Virus record (IMG/VR): IMGVR_UViG_2675903538_000004
DNA: 64,000 nt
Reading direction: 5' to 3' (one strand)
Source: a virus
Taxonomy: Duplodnaviria > Heunggongvirae > Uroviricota > Caudoviricetes
The position numbers were made by a program, and so were the translations under genes. Below the pieces are notes generated by a model. That model ran no database searches. It saw only the letters and a program-made list of their open reading frames with translations, and was not told where the DNA came from. How positions within the stretch are numbered: position 1 is the stretch's first letter; the number at the start of each line of letters is the position of its first letter. Below, in pieces: positions 23,201-31,225 of this stretch.

Positions 23201-24043
23201 TATGAGATCACCACAGCACAGTTTGGCACCATTGGCATTTACAGCAATAAAGCCGAGATCAAGCAGGCAATGGACGCAGCAAGCGCGCGCATCGCAGCAG
23301 AACGGGAAGCCAATCTGAATCATGCAGTCGCCGCGCTGACTCAATCGTGGGTAACAGCAATCAGGGAGGCCGCCACCACAGGGAAAATCACACCTGCAAT
23401 AGCGGATGTCGTAAACGACGGCTCTAAATTTATGGATGCCTATCAAATGGATGCGGTGAAGTTGCCATCAGCCTATGGTCAACTCAGCTATCGCATGACC
23501 TACAACCTGGTATCAATGTTTTCCGACCTTGCCATCCTTGGGCTGGTGGATCTTAACGAGGTTACGCCGGAATTGCTCAGCATGCGCAAGAATCATGTGG
23601 AGATATTGCAGAGAATTAACACGGTTCTTGCCGGGCGCACCGATGAAGAGAAACAGGCCGACGCTGATCGGATAAACCTAGCCCTTGGCAACATCACGGA
23701 GGAAGAGATTGCCGCCAGAAACGAGAAACAAGAAGAGTTATCATCAATACAGGGTGATGCCACCAGCATAGCTCAGTCTCTTGGTCTGAATTATCGCGTA
23801 TCCACCGCCGACCTGAAGATGATGTACGCACCAAAATTCGCCGCTGGCGAGGTATTTGGGCTTCAGGAAGCCTCAGGCATGAAAGGCGTTCTTTTCCGTG
23901 CGAAAGACGCAATCAAGGCGAAATTCGGCGCTCGCTGGCTGCCAGCGAAGGCGAAGAACAGCGATTTCCCGGGTAACTGGTGGATTATCGAGACAAAACA
24001 CAACGTGGCGGACGTTCTGGCCGTCATCCAACAATACGCATAA
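17276..24043 (+). CDS. darB: DarB antirestriction protein (N6-adenine methyltransferase plus SF2 helicase)
   Basis: 2255 aa; MTase-like VGNVPFGGR motif, helicase DEGH box (VIADEGHNYRN); length equals P1 DarB (from memory). Confidence 0.85.
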   Translation: MNKLSMGVFRCSSVSEILKYIRAITSHRAPIRYGVEKVEGKSYDRLRREANQKAIDLLNSLVDGATLTDEQRQILAGYTGEGGIGGSVSEYYTPKPIAEGVWEIMKLYGADVGNTLEPSAGTGVFNETKPVGTVMTATEISSVSGRINQLLHPEDSVQISPFEQLAISTPNDSFDHVVGNVPFGGRDNTRNIDKPYAEETDMGSYFMLRMLDKIKPGGFMCVIVPPSIVSGSNMKRLRLRLSRKAEFLGAHRLPTGTFDANGTSTVVDVVLMRKHPAEMAEKIPLVDESTLESANVLWPTFISGKWFEKDGRRFVHGTQEKGFQGRIEVRADGQIDNQALKAKLIHRFESRIDWSLLDMAEPSLTADVVGEGEMRLINGVWQKYAGGRWIEADAGKELKIDAASYGADSWEALQRNLTTTEGRLGMTFTQMANVRDKYTTSISDDMVQLVDWINSQPEKYRERLYRGAMIGRMLIEYQDMKAAGHSAEQIEQQRLSLVSRLQAEIDRFGNPGRGPIAKLSGSGARAWFAFRGAIKLDGTISDELTGKLVTHDSSASYDSTSYQDTLRYLYSDLTRDPIQLDDFRLAFTGELPASDEELLNLLASTPGIAVSPYGGIVPFARATSGDINEIVAPKQEFLATLPDGPVKNNVLNQLAAIEEKRIKTPAENIRFKLNSRWFDRSVILEFLQENGYPDLRYVQSVQLEGDEMVSDTYHGGDGLFVGHRYGVVQRKDKETGEIRYEWDRKSGENATGFPAQLEKYLNGARIGGKDSATANGYREQMALLEDQFNKWIKTHDRYDELVAKYNDVFNSNIPYEHSGDPLGLKGLSGKRQPFDYQNSEVRRLSEDGRGILGFGTGLGKTTTALALEAFNYENGRSTRTAYVVPKSVLENWYYEAKEFLSEEAFSNYLFVGLDVLMDGDQIRQVPVLDENGKPVLGTDGTPVMRDALKLADEATITARMNAIPHSNYRAVVFTKEQYARIPLRDDTVDEHAQDMLYDFVAAGRVASAMDSDSHRKEAARRRVLSEYSDTGTEKAEKYPYFEDMGFDSVIADEGHNYRNSYKNGREASQLAYLPTSAVAQSARDMAIKNAYLMKKNGGRGPVLLTATPVVNTPIDAYNMLSHVLPKEYWQNMGIYGPDDFVKFFGKTRLETVQKISGEVEEKMALVGFENLDALRGIFHRWVTLKTAEDVKDTVEIPELDEHQQDAPLTEEQLAAYEELRQQAEAAAKANNGVTTSVNEDGVIEHEKARPIFSIIRDMDRVCTDMDLYYRRITYRFLPEYADAVQQLADSLPKQATSEDDDSDDSITQQSQYSLIDKGEFIQLQVPEAFEQEVNKRLARFGIDEQTVTHPVTPKYAKLIATLKEFFPEGKQIIFTDEKTQHQKLKRIICNALNLEPSKVGILNAQTVAEAGKTGKKLKAVKPPKELPDEPTDAQIAKYNEQMALYDAYIAQQNEMSLGGLEKIAADFQEGRTPIIICNKKAEVGINLHRGTTDIHHLTLPWTPASIAQRNGRGARVGSNRASVRVHYYCGKGSFDEYRLKTLKRKAGWISDILRSDKSEMENADANDMIEMQMYTAKDDGERLAMMQVQMDKAKAAKRARQKEQATIDLQNYIKAQHAAGEDVEVLTAELERSKAELEKTTAEVAKFKQAVMAKAADNADWKARWGSVHHTDRMLLAQYRASLKSAIQRKANISQAISRYEKLLNRTQKAATDIKRLRPLVEDAINKGILDVDPDLVNHANEFLVIGDRSWRVGQYYDCAGDIVRIKSLDFDSQRADVEIIFTFKGTKSGNWDVKTLDKQVDVTPDEDAVMQKISGGVSIAGINDIISCDDFYRFQQRGMIKITDSYGVQTTESGYSIDFVGTYTDPLKHAVYPDRRDGALKSSIAKWVLGMMSEGNNRQIRSAETFLVELFGSNYGDVIASYGDTLSPEAIQEKIADAIARMPEKTSQGATRNGDSELEVTNAIFGTNEFRASDYEITTAQFGTIGIYSNKAEIKQAMDAASARIAAEREANLNHAVAALTQSWVTAIREAATTGKITPAIADVVNDGSKFMDAYQMDAVKLPSAYGQLSYRMTYNLVSMFSDLAILGLVDLNEVTPELLSMRKNHVEILQRINTVLAGRTDEEKQADADRINLALGNITEEEIAARNEKQEELSSIQGDATSIAQSLGLNYRVSTADLKMMYAPKFAAGEVFGLQEASGMKGVLFRAKDAIKAKFGARWLPAKAKNSDFPGNWWIIETKHNVADVLAVIQQYA

Positions 24044-24076
24044 CAGGAGCGCCCGGTTCGCCGGGCGTCGCATAAT

Positions 24077-24517
24077 ATGGCCACACTATCTGATACAATA
24101 AAACCGAATAAAACATATCTTGAGGCGGTACTCCGTACAGCGTTGTTAGGAAAGACAGAAGACGAATACGTTGATTTCTTCCTGTCAGGGCTACGCGGGC
24201 GATTACTGAAAAATCCCCGCCTGTACCGCAGCTATGGTCCATACTGGCCGGAAATTAAAAAATTATTACTGGAGCGCGGTTATGGTAATTTCGGTCGTCT
24301 CGTTGACCGTGACGTTCGCAAAATTTACCGTTATGACCGCCCGGCGCTAACACTCATAGCCGCGACGCTCTACAGCCAGGAGCGTTTTGATAATGGTCAG
24401 ATATACTCAGCCTGGCATTTACTGCCAGTGCCTGAAGAAGTTGACGACCAGGACTATGAGTTTGAGTCTTACGATTTGGAAGTTGAAGCCTTGGCACAGG
24501 CTGGAGAGAAAACTTGA
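24077..24517 (+). CDS. ulx: Ulx-like protein
   Basis: 146 aa between darB and lxc-like gene. Confidence 0.5.
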   Translation: MATLSDTIKPNKTYLEAVLRTALLGKTEDEYVDFFLSGLRGRLLKNPRLYRSYGPYWPEIKKLLLERGYGNFGRLVDRDVRKIYRYDRPALTLIAATLYSQERFDNGQIYSAWHLLPVPEEVDDQDYEFESYDLEVEALAQAGEKT

Positions 24518-24762
24518 AAAAGCGATACTACACAGTAAAGCATGGGACGCTACGAGCATTACAAGAGTTTGCTGACAAGCATAACGTTGAGGTGCGCAGG
24601 GAAGGGGGAAGTAAAGCTCTGCGCATGTACCGTCCGGACGGAAAATGGCGGACGGTCGTCGATTTCAAAACTAACAGCGTTCCCCAGGGCGTCCGCGACC
24701 GGGCATTCGAGGAATGGGAGCAGATCATCATAGATAACGCATTGCTCCTGAATGCTGATTAA
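24514..24762 (+). CDS. lxc: Lxc-like small protein
   Basis: 82 aa, overlaps ulx stop; position as in P1 (from memory). Confidence 0.45.
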   Translation: MKKRYYTVKHGTLRALQEFADKHNVEVRREGGSKALRMYRPDGKWRTVVDFKTNSVPQGVRDRAFEEWEQIIIDNALLLNAD

Positions 24763-24767
24763 GAACT

Positions 24768-24795
24768 CTCCGGCCTAGGGAGATTAGGCCGGAGA
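24768..24795. terminator. hairpin between convergent lxc and SIR2 genes (possible bidirectional terminator)
   Basis: CTCCGGCC..loop..GGCCGGAG 8-bp stem; no strong T-run. Confidence 0.4.
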
Positions 24796-24803
24796 TAAAT
24801 ATA

Positions 24804-26108
24804 CTATATAAACTTAGATATAATATCGTGAATCTGTTGTAGCGGGATTTCTTCCATCTTACTCTTAATAAGAGAGCGGTTAGATGCTGTCAGTGAAGGC
24901 CATTTTGTTTTCCAGGCTAGATATGCTCGCCATGAGTAGCCTGTTTCGTAAGGTTTATTCATATAAGTCATTGAGTGTTCAACCGCATGTATGTATTTTT
25001 TCTCAAAGTTGGTTCCTTTTACTTCAAATAAACTACCGAAATAAATAAGCCATTTTGCCAGGTGTTCATACTGCTCCCATGCGCCAGACTCTTTAGTAAG
25101 ATCTATTTTTTTATCTATTATATCACAAAAAACATTTAATACCTTTTCATCATTCCAGCTATATCCAGATGATGAAATGGAGGAAATGATATGATAAAAA
25201 GAATCCTCTAACTTCAAGAACTCTATTTTATACTCTCTTCCGTTTTTTATTACCGATTTGATTGAGTGCCTCAATTTGTCTTTTATTTTTTTTGCTTCTG
25301 GAATTTTCTTGTTAAGTTTTCTAAAGAAATCAGACACCTCTGTTTTATCTATAACCCTAATCCCAAAGCAGGAAAAATAGTAATCTTTAATAGGTTGCAA
25401 TAGTTTTCCTCGGGAAATAAGGAAAATATTGGAGGACATTACGTTGTCCCGTGAAAATACCTTATATTCATTTATAATCGCCTTGAGGTTCGCGTCACTT
25501 AGAGAATAGCCAAGAATAACAATAGTGTTTTCATGTAGAACTGTGCTTAGTTTATTTGAAAAGTAAGAATTACCATTTATAAATCTGAAATAATCCTCGC
25601 TAGTAACAACCATATCTGATGGGGAGTCTATAGAGCCGTGAACATGGTAGACTTTAACCTCACAATTATATTTTGGAATTGGCAGGCCGGGGGTGATTGT
25701 ACACGTTCGATTCTCTCCAGCCAGTTTTTCTGCTAACTTGTCATAATTTGTCGTAATTACTTTAAATGTGTTTTCTTTGAAAAAGTCTTGAATATATTCA
25801 ATTGATGGATCAAGTTCGATTGAGGCTATGATTTTCTCAATCTCCTGGTAAATATTTTTCCCCGAAAGTATAAATTTTAGTGCAATAACTTGAGCAGCCT
25901 CTTCAAGGCTAAGGTCTTTTGCTTTTCCATCAGGAAATAATTCCTCTTTGAGTGAGTCACCATCCTTCAATAAACCGCACAGTTGCTCCAATAAAGATTG
26001 CCAACTTGGGGCTTTATCATCAGAAACAGCCTTTGAAAATCCAGTGCCTGTAAGAAAGCACAGCCTATGTGTAGCTGCTGCATAGGCAATTTCTATATAC
26101 TCGCTCAT
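24804..26108 (-). CDS. SIR2-domain protein (ThsA/DSR-type NADase-like N-terminal domain, unassigned C-terminal domain)
   Basis: 434 aa; FLTGTGFSKA, TTNYDKL, YHVHGS, ILGYSLSDANL motifs of defence-type SIR2 domains; gene about 35 percent GC against about 47 percent surroundings. Confidence 0.8.
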   Translation of the reverse strand: MSEYIEIAYAAATHRLCFLTGTGFSKAVSDDKAPSWQSLLEQLCGLLKDGDSLKEELFPDGKAKDLSLEEAAQVIALKFILSGKNIYQEIEKIIASIELDPSIEYIQDFFKENTFKVITTNYDKLAEKLAGENRTCTITPGLPIPKYNCEVKVYHVHGSIDSPSDMVVTSEDYFRFINGNSYFSNKLSTVLHENTIVILGYSLSDANLKAIINEYKVFSRDNVMSSNIFLISRGKLLQPIKDYYFSCFGIRVIDKTEVSDFFRKLNKKIPEAKKIKDKLRHSIKSVIKNGREYKIEFLKLEDSFYHIISSISSSGYSWNDEKVLNVFCDIIDKKIDLTKESGAWEQYEHLAKWLIYFGSLFEVKGTNFEKKYIHAVEHSMTYMNKPYETGYSWRAYLAWKTKWPSLTASNRSLIKSKMEEIPLQQIHDIISKFI

Positions 26109-26164
26109 TACTTACTCCATTTACTTATAGTTCTACGGAGAAGTATACCCTAATGCATTGACGT

Positions 26165-26803
26165 TTATAGATAATTTCCTTTTCCTGTTAATACTCCCTT
26201 AGGCACCTGTTTTTGTGCCAGCGTTTGGGTTCCGCGAATTATGTTAATCAGAGGGCTTAGTAACGATGGTTCCTGGCGTGCCTCAACTTCTCCAGCCATT
26301 GCCCTGATGTAGTCTGCGCTGGCAACGTTGTTGTATTCCGTCGCAAAGCAACATAGTAACGTCAGAACATGCTCTGTCGTTATTTCGCTCCAGTTGATGT
26401 TGAAAAATTCATCGCCTTTTTTATCGTGTTCGGAATCGAAGATGCTTTGGTGGAGGATGTATTTGCCGGATTCCTTGCGCGGTAACTTGATCGCTTTCTG
26501 GCGTTCCAGCTCCTTGTAAATCTGCATTGCTTCAATCAGTACCGGCCTGCCGTTCATGAAGGGATCGCGCAACCTTACACGCTGGCCAACTCGACCAGTA
26601 ATAAAGCTGTTTTCCTCTTCCACCAGCACGATAAAACCCTTTTCCTCTTTTTCTCGCAATTCGCGCAGCAGCTGGAGTTCCATGTCGCGGCGGCGTTCAG
26701 GGTAGCTGGTCCGCTCAGCCATTATCAGCTCGTTGTTGATCCATGCAGCAGTCATTGACGCCGGTTTGCCGACGCTCATCGAAACAACGCATATTTTCTT
26801 ATC
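26165..26803 (-). CDS. hypothetical protein (backbone GC; possibly the P1 mat equivalent)
   Basis: ATG at 26803 (MDKKICVV) directly after a hairpin/T-run; track start 26833 translates the hairpin; no TIR or other recognised domain. Confidence 0.5.
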   Translation of the reverse strand, partial: DKKICVVSMSVGKPASMTAAWINNELIMAERTSYPERRRDMELQLLRELREKEEKGFIVLVEEENSFITGRVGQRVRLRDPFMNGRPVLIEAMQIYKELERQKAIKLPRKESGKYILHQSIFDSEHDKKGDEFFNINWSEITTEHVLTLLCCFATEYNNVASADYIRAMAGEVEARQEPSLLSPLINIIRGTQTLAQKQVPKGVLTGKGNYL

Positions 26804-26994
26804 CATAGCGCCCATACAAAAAAGAAAAGCCACCAGCGGCGGCTTAGCAATACAACTGAAGGTAGCGCCCGGTACTCAGACTGTGCCGTCCATGGAATAT
26901 TTGAAAAGGGATCCATCCGTACCGGGCGTGTGATGATTCTGACTCAAGTCACTTGTCAGTTGTCAATCATTTAAGATTAAAAATAATATATTTA

Positions 26995-27555
26995 TTAGTG
27001 CATGATGTTTGCCATTTCATAGGCGTCAGCCAGCAACTCCATCTCTGACTTGTTCAACAAGGTGAATTCTTTCTTGCCTCCTACCACGCCATCGGCATGA
27101 ACAGGGACCAGCCAGGGGTATTTTTCTCTTACTTCAGCCGGTGCTGCATGCTGGTGGTGCCATCTGCAAAGGGGCAATTGCTTTTTGTGACAACCCGGCG
27201 CGGTACGACCGGAGATATGGTGCAGAGACACCTCTTCAGATATTACTCCATGCATGTAGCAGGCAATGCAGGGGAGAGTGCCAAGAGCATTGGCGATAGT
27301 CTGTTCCTCCTCCGTCGGTGTTCGCCCCTTCAAGCCACGAGATTTTATTTTTACCGCACTTTTCCGCGTTTTGCTGGCTGGTGGGCGCTCTTTCTGTTTA
27401 GCGATACGGCGGTCGATAGAATCCCGCATTTTCTGATATTGCGATTCTCGCCAGGCGGGGTCAGCCAACTTTTCCCGTTGCCGAGCGATCGCTCGTTCTC
27501 TGGCTGCCTTCTGCCACTCGCGGCGCTGTTCAAGTTTTTGTTCGATTGTTTTCAT
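26995..27555 (-). CDS. ref: Ref HNH endonuclease
   Basis: MKTIEQKLEQRREWQK..HH..CxxC..H motifs; 186 aa from ATG 27555, matching P1 Ref (from memory). Confidence 0.8.
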   Translation of the reverse strand: MKTIEQKLEQRREWQKAARERAIARQREKLADPAWRESQYQKMRDSIDRRIAKQKERPPASKTRKSAVKIKSRGLKGRTPTEEEQTIANALGTLPCIACYMHGVISEEVSLHHISGRTAPGCHKKQLPLCRWHHQHAAPAEVREKYPWLVPVHADGVVGGKKEFTLLNKSEMELLADAYEMANIMH

Positions 27556-27653
27556 ATGGCAAAAAAAAGGCGGCCTAATGGCCGCCAATGATGTCAAGGA
27601 GTGAAGTAATGGCAACGTCTTCGTAGTTGACAAAAACTGCGGCCAAATTATAG

Positions 27654-27670
27654 CAATCAATTAGAGCAAT
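27654..27670. promoter_or_regulatory. C1 operator-like site upstream of ref
   Basis: CAATCAATTAGAGCAAT, 3 mismatches, core ATTAGAGCAAT intact. Confidence 0.45.
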
Positions 27671-27802
27671 GGTATATATTTTGTTTCTCGCGAATCACAT
27701 TTTTTCACTTCAGTACCTGTGTGCTATACTCCTTCTTGATTGATTGGATGCGGAATACAAACCCGCTCTTTTGTGCAGCCTGGCTCCTTGCCAGGCTTTT
27801 TT

Positions 27803-28114
27803 TTATTTCATCATGGAAGCGGTTAACGCTTTGGACCTTGCTGAACTGATTGAAAGGGCATTGTTTACCTTACCCAGGAGTTCGCCAAATTCCCCCATCA
27901 CTCTAGTAAGCCCGCGCCGCGCTTCCTCCTCCGTTGCATTCATCACAAAATGTTCAGCACTCCGCATGCTTTTAACGGGGAACGCAACAGATATCGAGTC
28001 GATATCAGGCATCCTATCGCTCAACTTTACGGTGACAATGACAGATGGCGACAGAATATTAGTGCTTACAGACAGCACTACATATTTTCCGTCGATGTTG
28101 AAATCCTTTCTCAT
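27803..28114 (-). CDS. hypothetical protein between cre and ref (Cra-like position)
   Basis: 103-aa ORF. Confidence 0.45.
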   Translation of the reverse strand: MRKDFNIDGKYVVLSVSTNILSPSVIVTVKLSDRMPDIDSISVAFPVKSMRSAEHFVMNATEEEARRGLTRVMGEFGELLGKVNNALSISSARSKALTASMMK

Positions 28115-28130
28115 ATGCCACCATAAATAT

Positions 28131-28147
28131 CAAAGAATTAGAGCAAT
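28131..28147. promoter_or_regulatory. C1 operator-like site
   Basis: CAAAGAATTAGAGCAAT, 4 mismatches, core intact. Confidence 0.35.
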
Positions 28148-28164
28148 CATTTACGCGTTAATGG

Positions 28165-29196
28165 CTAATTGCCATCTTCCAGCAGGCGCACCATTGCCCC
28201 TGTTTCACTATCCAGGTTACGGATATAGTTCATGACAATATTTACATTGGTCCAGCCACCAGCTTGCATGATCTCCGGTATTGAAACTCCAGCGCGGGCC
28301 ATATCTCGCGCTGCTCCGACACGGGCACTGTGTCCAGACCAGGCCAGGTATCTCTGACCAGAGTCATCCTTAGCGCCGTAAATCAATCGATGAGTTGCTT
28401 CAAAAATCCCTTCCAGGGCGCGAGTTGATAGCTGGCTGGTGGCAGATGGCGCGGCAACACCATTTTTTCTGACCCGGCAAAACAGGTAGTTATTCGGATC
28501 ATCAGCTACACCAGAGACAGAAATCCATCGCTCGACCAGTTTAGTTACCCCCAGGCTAAGTGCCTTCTCTACACCTGCGGTGCTAACCAGCGTTTTCGTT
28601 CTGCCAATATGGATTAACATTCTCCCACCGTCAGTACGTGAGATATCTTTAACCCTGATCCTGGCAATTTCTGCTATACGTAGCAGGGTATTATAAGCAA
28701 TCCCAAGAAATGCCAGATTACGTATATCCTGGCAGCGATCGCTATTTTCCATGAGTGAACGAACCTGGTCGAAATCAGTGCGTTCGAACGCCAATGCCTG
28801 TTTTGCACGTTCACCGGCATCAACGTTTTCTTTTCGAATCCGCCGCATGACCAGTGAAACAGCATTGCTGTCACTTGGTCGTGGCAGCCCGGACCGACGA
28901 TGAAGCATGTTTAGCTGGCCCAAATGTTGCTGGATAGTTTTTACTGCCAGACCGCGCGCCTGAAGATATAGAAGATAATCGCGAACATCTTCAGGTTCTG
29001 CGGGAAACCATTTCCGGTTATTCAACTTGCACCATGCCGCCCACGACCGGCAAACGGACAGAAGCATTTTCCAGGTATGCTCAGAAAACGCCTGGCGATC
29101 CCTGAACATGTCCATCAGGTTCTTGCGAACCTCATCACTCGTTGCATCGACCGGTAATGCAGGCAAATTTTGGTGTACGGTCAGTAAATTGGACAT
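28165..29196 (-). CDS. cre: Cre tyrosine recombinase
   Basis: 343 aa MSNLLTVHQNLPALPVDATSDEVRKNLMDMFRDRQAFSEHTWKMLLSVCR...; essentially identical to Cre as remembered, last residue N rather than D. Confidence 0.98.
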   Translation of the reverse strand: MSNLLTVHQNLPALPVDATSDEVRKNLMDMFRDRQAFSEHTWKMLLSVCRSWAAWCKLNNRKWFPAEPEDVRDYLLYLQARGLAVKTIQQHLGQLNMLHRRSGLPRPSDSNAVSLVMRRIRKENVDAGERAKQALAFERTDFDQVRSLMENSDRCQDIRNLAFLGIAYNTLLRIAEIARIRVKDISRTDGGRMLIHIGRTKTLVSTAGVEKALSLGVTKLVERWISVSGVADDPNNYLFCRVRKNGVAAPSATSQLSTRALEGIFEATHRLIYGAKDDSGQRYLAWSGHSARVGAARDMARAGVSIPEIMQAGGWTNVNIVMNYIRNLDSETGAMVRLLEDGN

Positions 29197-29614
29197 TTAA
29201 CACTCAGATAATGGTTTTAAGTAAAGTGTACAGGATCGGCTCTGCCTTTACCTGTTTATGGTTCTCGTCATAGAAACGCCAGCGACCGCGCGTGCGTTCT
29301 ATTTTCTCTTCACCGCGCGATAATGACAGTTGGCAACTATCACGATCAAACCCTTTTGCCCGCCAGTAACCACGGTTTTTCTCAAGCTCAAGATGAGTGG
29401 ACACTTTAGCAGCTGAATATCCCATTTTTCACCTCTGATTGATTGGTGGTGCTAAGTGCGCTACGCGAAATCTGGAGCACTAACACTGCCAACATTTCGC
29501 AGATTTTACGTAGCGCAACCTTGATCAAATGATCAAGTGATCACTATTTGACCTGATAAGGTATTGAACTGTATGGATTTACAGGTAAATTGATCATGTT
29601 CAATAACCCTTAAG

Positions 29615-29648
29615 ATAACTTCGTATAATGTATGCTATACGAAGTTAT
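29615..29648. other. loxP site
   Basis: Exact ATAACTTCGTATA-ATGTATGC-TATACGAAGTTAT. Confidence 0.98.
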
Positions 29649-29692
29649 TAGGTCCGAAGAGGAGTTTACGTCCAGCTGCGCATAAAAATCAA

Positions 29693-29709
29693 GAATTATT
29701 AGAGCAATA
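29693..29709. promoter_or_regulatory. C1 operator (reverse orientation)
   Basis: AGAATTATTAGAGCAAT, 2 mismatches. Confidence 0.55.
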
Positions 29710-29774
29710 AATTTTGAGAGAAAAATCCCACTCCACCAGCCAAAAACTGGATTGTTTTTCATAGTTGTTTGACA

Positions 29775-29791
29775 ATTGCTCTAATAAATTA
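29775..29791. promoter_or_regulatory. C1 operator (forward orientation)
   Basis: ATTGCTCTAATAAATTA, 1 mismatch; with 29693-29709 forms an inverted pair upstream of coi-c1. Confidence 0.65.
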
Positions 29792-30029
29792 TAGTTTTGC
29801 CGCCGTTTCGTAATACGACTTTGGATTCACTATTTAATGTGTCTTCAGCGTTGTAGAGCGGCTCAGAAGGAAATGAGCAAACAGGGAAACCTTATACAAC
29901 GGCATTACAGCTATGCATTGCTCATCTTACACACAGCGCAATGTTGTTAGATTACCCCAGCATGGATCATGGGTGAAACAGTAGGTCAGAGCTTCAGGCT
30001 CTGTGTTGTCAATACAGTGAGGCATAATT

Positions 30030-30239
30030 ATGGCTTTCATTCCACCAACCATCGACGACGTTAGACATTGCTCTAACGCTTTATCTGTAGACCCCGCCGA
30101 AACCGACGCTGCCCGCGCCATTGCTGAACACTACTCAAAGATATCCAATCAGGAGTACCGCATCACCCAAGACGACCTGGATGATCTCACTGACACAATC
30201 GAATATCTCATGGCCACTAACCAGCCAGACTCACAATAA
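30030..30239 (+). CDS. coi: Coi-like small protein (C1 inactivator)
   Basis: 69 aa immediately upstream of c1, downstream of operator pair. Confidence 0.55.
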   Translation: MAFIPPTIDDVRHCSNALSVDPAETDAARAIAEHYSKISNQEYRITQDDLDDLTDTIEYLMATNQPDSQ

Positions 30240-30349
30240 ATGCACTAATAAATCTATTATTTTCGTTGGATCCTTCTATAATGGTGGCCAACAACTCCCA
30301 GTGTAATCCGCTGTGAGTTGTTGGCCATGTCAATTCTGGAGGAGGATCA

Positions 30350-31201
30350 ATGATAAATTATGTCTACGGCGAACAACTGTACCAGGAGTTCGTCAGCTTC
30401 AGGGATCTCTTTCTAAAAAAAGCTGTTGCACGCGCCCAACACGTTGATGCCGCCAGCGACGGTCGTCCTGTTCGCCCGGTTGTCGTTCTGCCGTTCAAAG
30501 AAACGGACAGCATTCAGGCTGAAATTGATAAATGGACTTTAATGGCGCGGGAACTGGAACAGTACCCAGACCTCAATATCCCAAAGACTATTTTATATCC
30601 AGTGCCTAACATCCTTCGCGGTGTGCGTAAGGTTACAACTTATCAGACAGAAGCTGTGAACAGCGTCAACATGACCGCTGGCCGCATTATTCATCTGATT
30701 GATAAGGACATTCGCATCCAGAAAAGCGCGGGGATCAATGAGCACAGTGCGAAATACATAGAGAACCTGGAAGCAACAAAAGAGCTAATGAAGCAGTACC
30801 CGGAGGATGAAAAATTCCGTATGCGTGTACACGGCTTTAGCGAAACAATGCTGCGCGTCCACTACATTTCCAGTAGCCCTAACTACAATGATGGTAAATC
30901 AGTTAGTTACCATGTGCCGCTGTGTGGTGTGTTTATCTGCGATGAAACTCTCCGTGATGGAATCATCATCAACGGTGAATTCGAGAAAGCAAAATTTAGC
31001 CTTTATGACTCTATAGAACCGATCATCTGCGACCGCTGGCCGCAGGCAAAAATATATCGCCTGGCAGATATTGAAAATGTAAAAAAACAAATTGCCATCA
31101 CTCGCGAAGAGAAAAAGGTCAAATCAGCCGCATCAGTTACGCGCAGCCGTAAAACTAAGAAGGGGCAGCCAGTAAACGACAACCCCGAAAGCGCGCAATA
31201 G
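30350..31201 (+). CDS. c1: C1 immunity repressor
   Basis: 283 aa MINYVYGEQLYQEFVSFRDLFLKK...; length and N terminus match P1 C1 (from memory); AGGAGG RBS. Confidence 0.85.
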   Translation: MINYVYGEQLYQEFVSFRDLFLKKAVARAQHVDAASDGRPVRPVVVLPFKETDSIQAEIDKWTLMARELEQYPDLNIPKTILYPVPNILRGVRKVTTYQTEAVNSVNMTAGRIIHLIDKDIRIQKSAGINEHSAKYIENLEATKELMKQYPEDEKFRMRVHGFSETMLRVHYISSSPNYNDGKSVSYHVPLCGVFICDETLRDGIIINGEFEKAKFSLYDSIEPIICDRWPQAKIYRLADIENVKKQIAITREEKKVKSAASVTRSRKTKKGQPVNDNPESAQ

Positions 31202-31225
31202 TTTCTATCCGGCATGGTCAATGAG

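Noticed and set aside
17276-24043. Numerous 60-180 aa ORFs inside and antisense to darB (and similarly inside ddrB, prt, dmt and pacA)
   Set aside because: Fully embedded in long, well-supported genes; typical out-of-frame or antisense artefacts.
26165-26833. The 222-aa gene upstream of the SIR2 gene as a ThsB-like TIR partner (two-gene Thoeris)
   Set aside because: No TIR motifs seen; its GC content matches the phage backbone rather than the AT-rich SIR2 island, and a hairpin/T-run precedes its start. More likely a backbone gene, so the SIR2 gene is treated as a single-gene insertion.
27561-27600. Upstream extension of ref (track start 27660, MIAIIWPQ...)
   Set aside because: The extension translates a GC hairpin plus poly-T; the Ref-like protein begins MKTIEQ at 27555, giving the expected 186 aa.
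29204-29425. 73-aa minus-strand ORF immediately upstream of cre
   Set aside because: Lies in the loxP-cre promoter region of about 420 bp that matches the P1 arrangement; no convincing RBS or domain.
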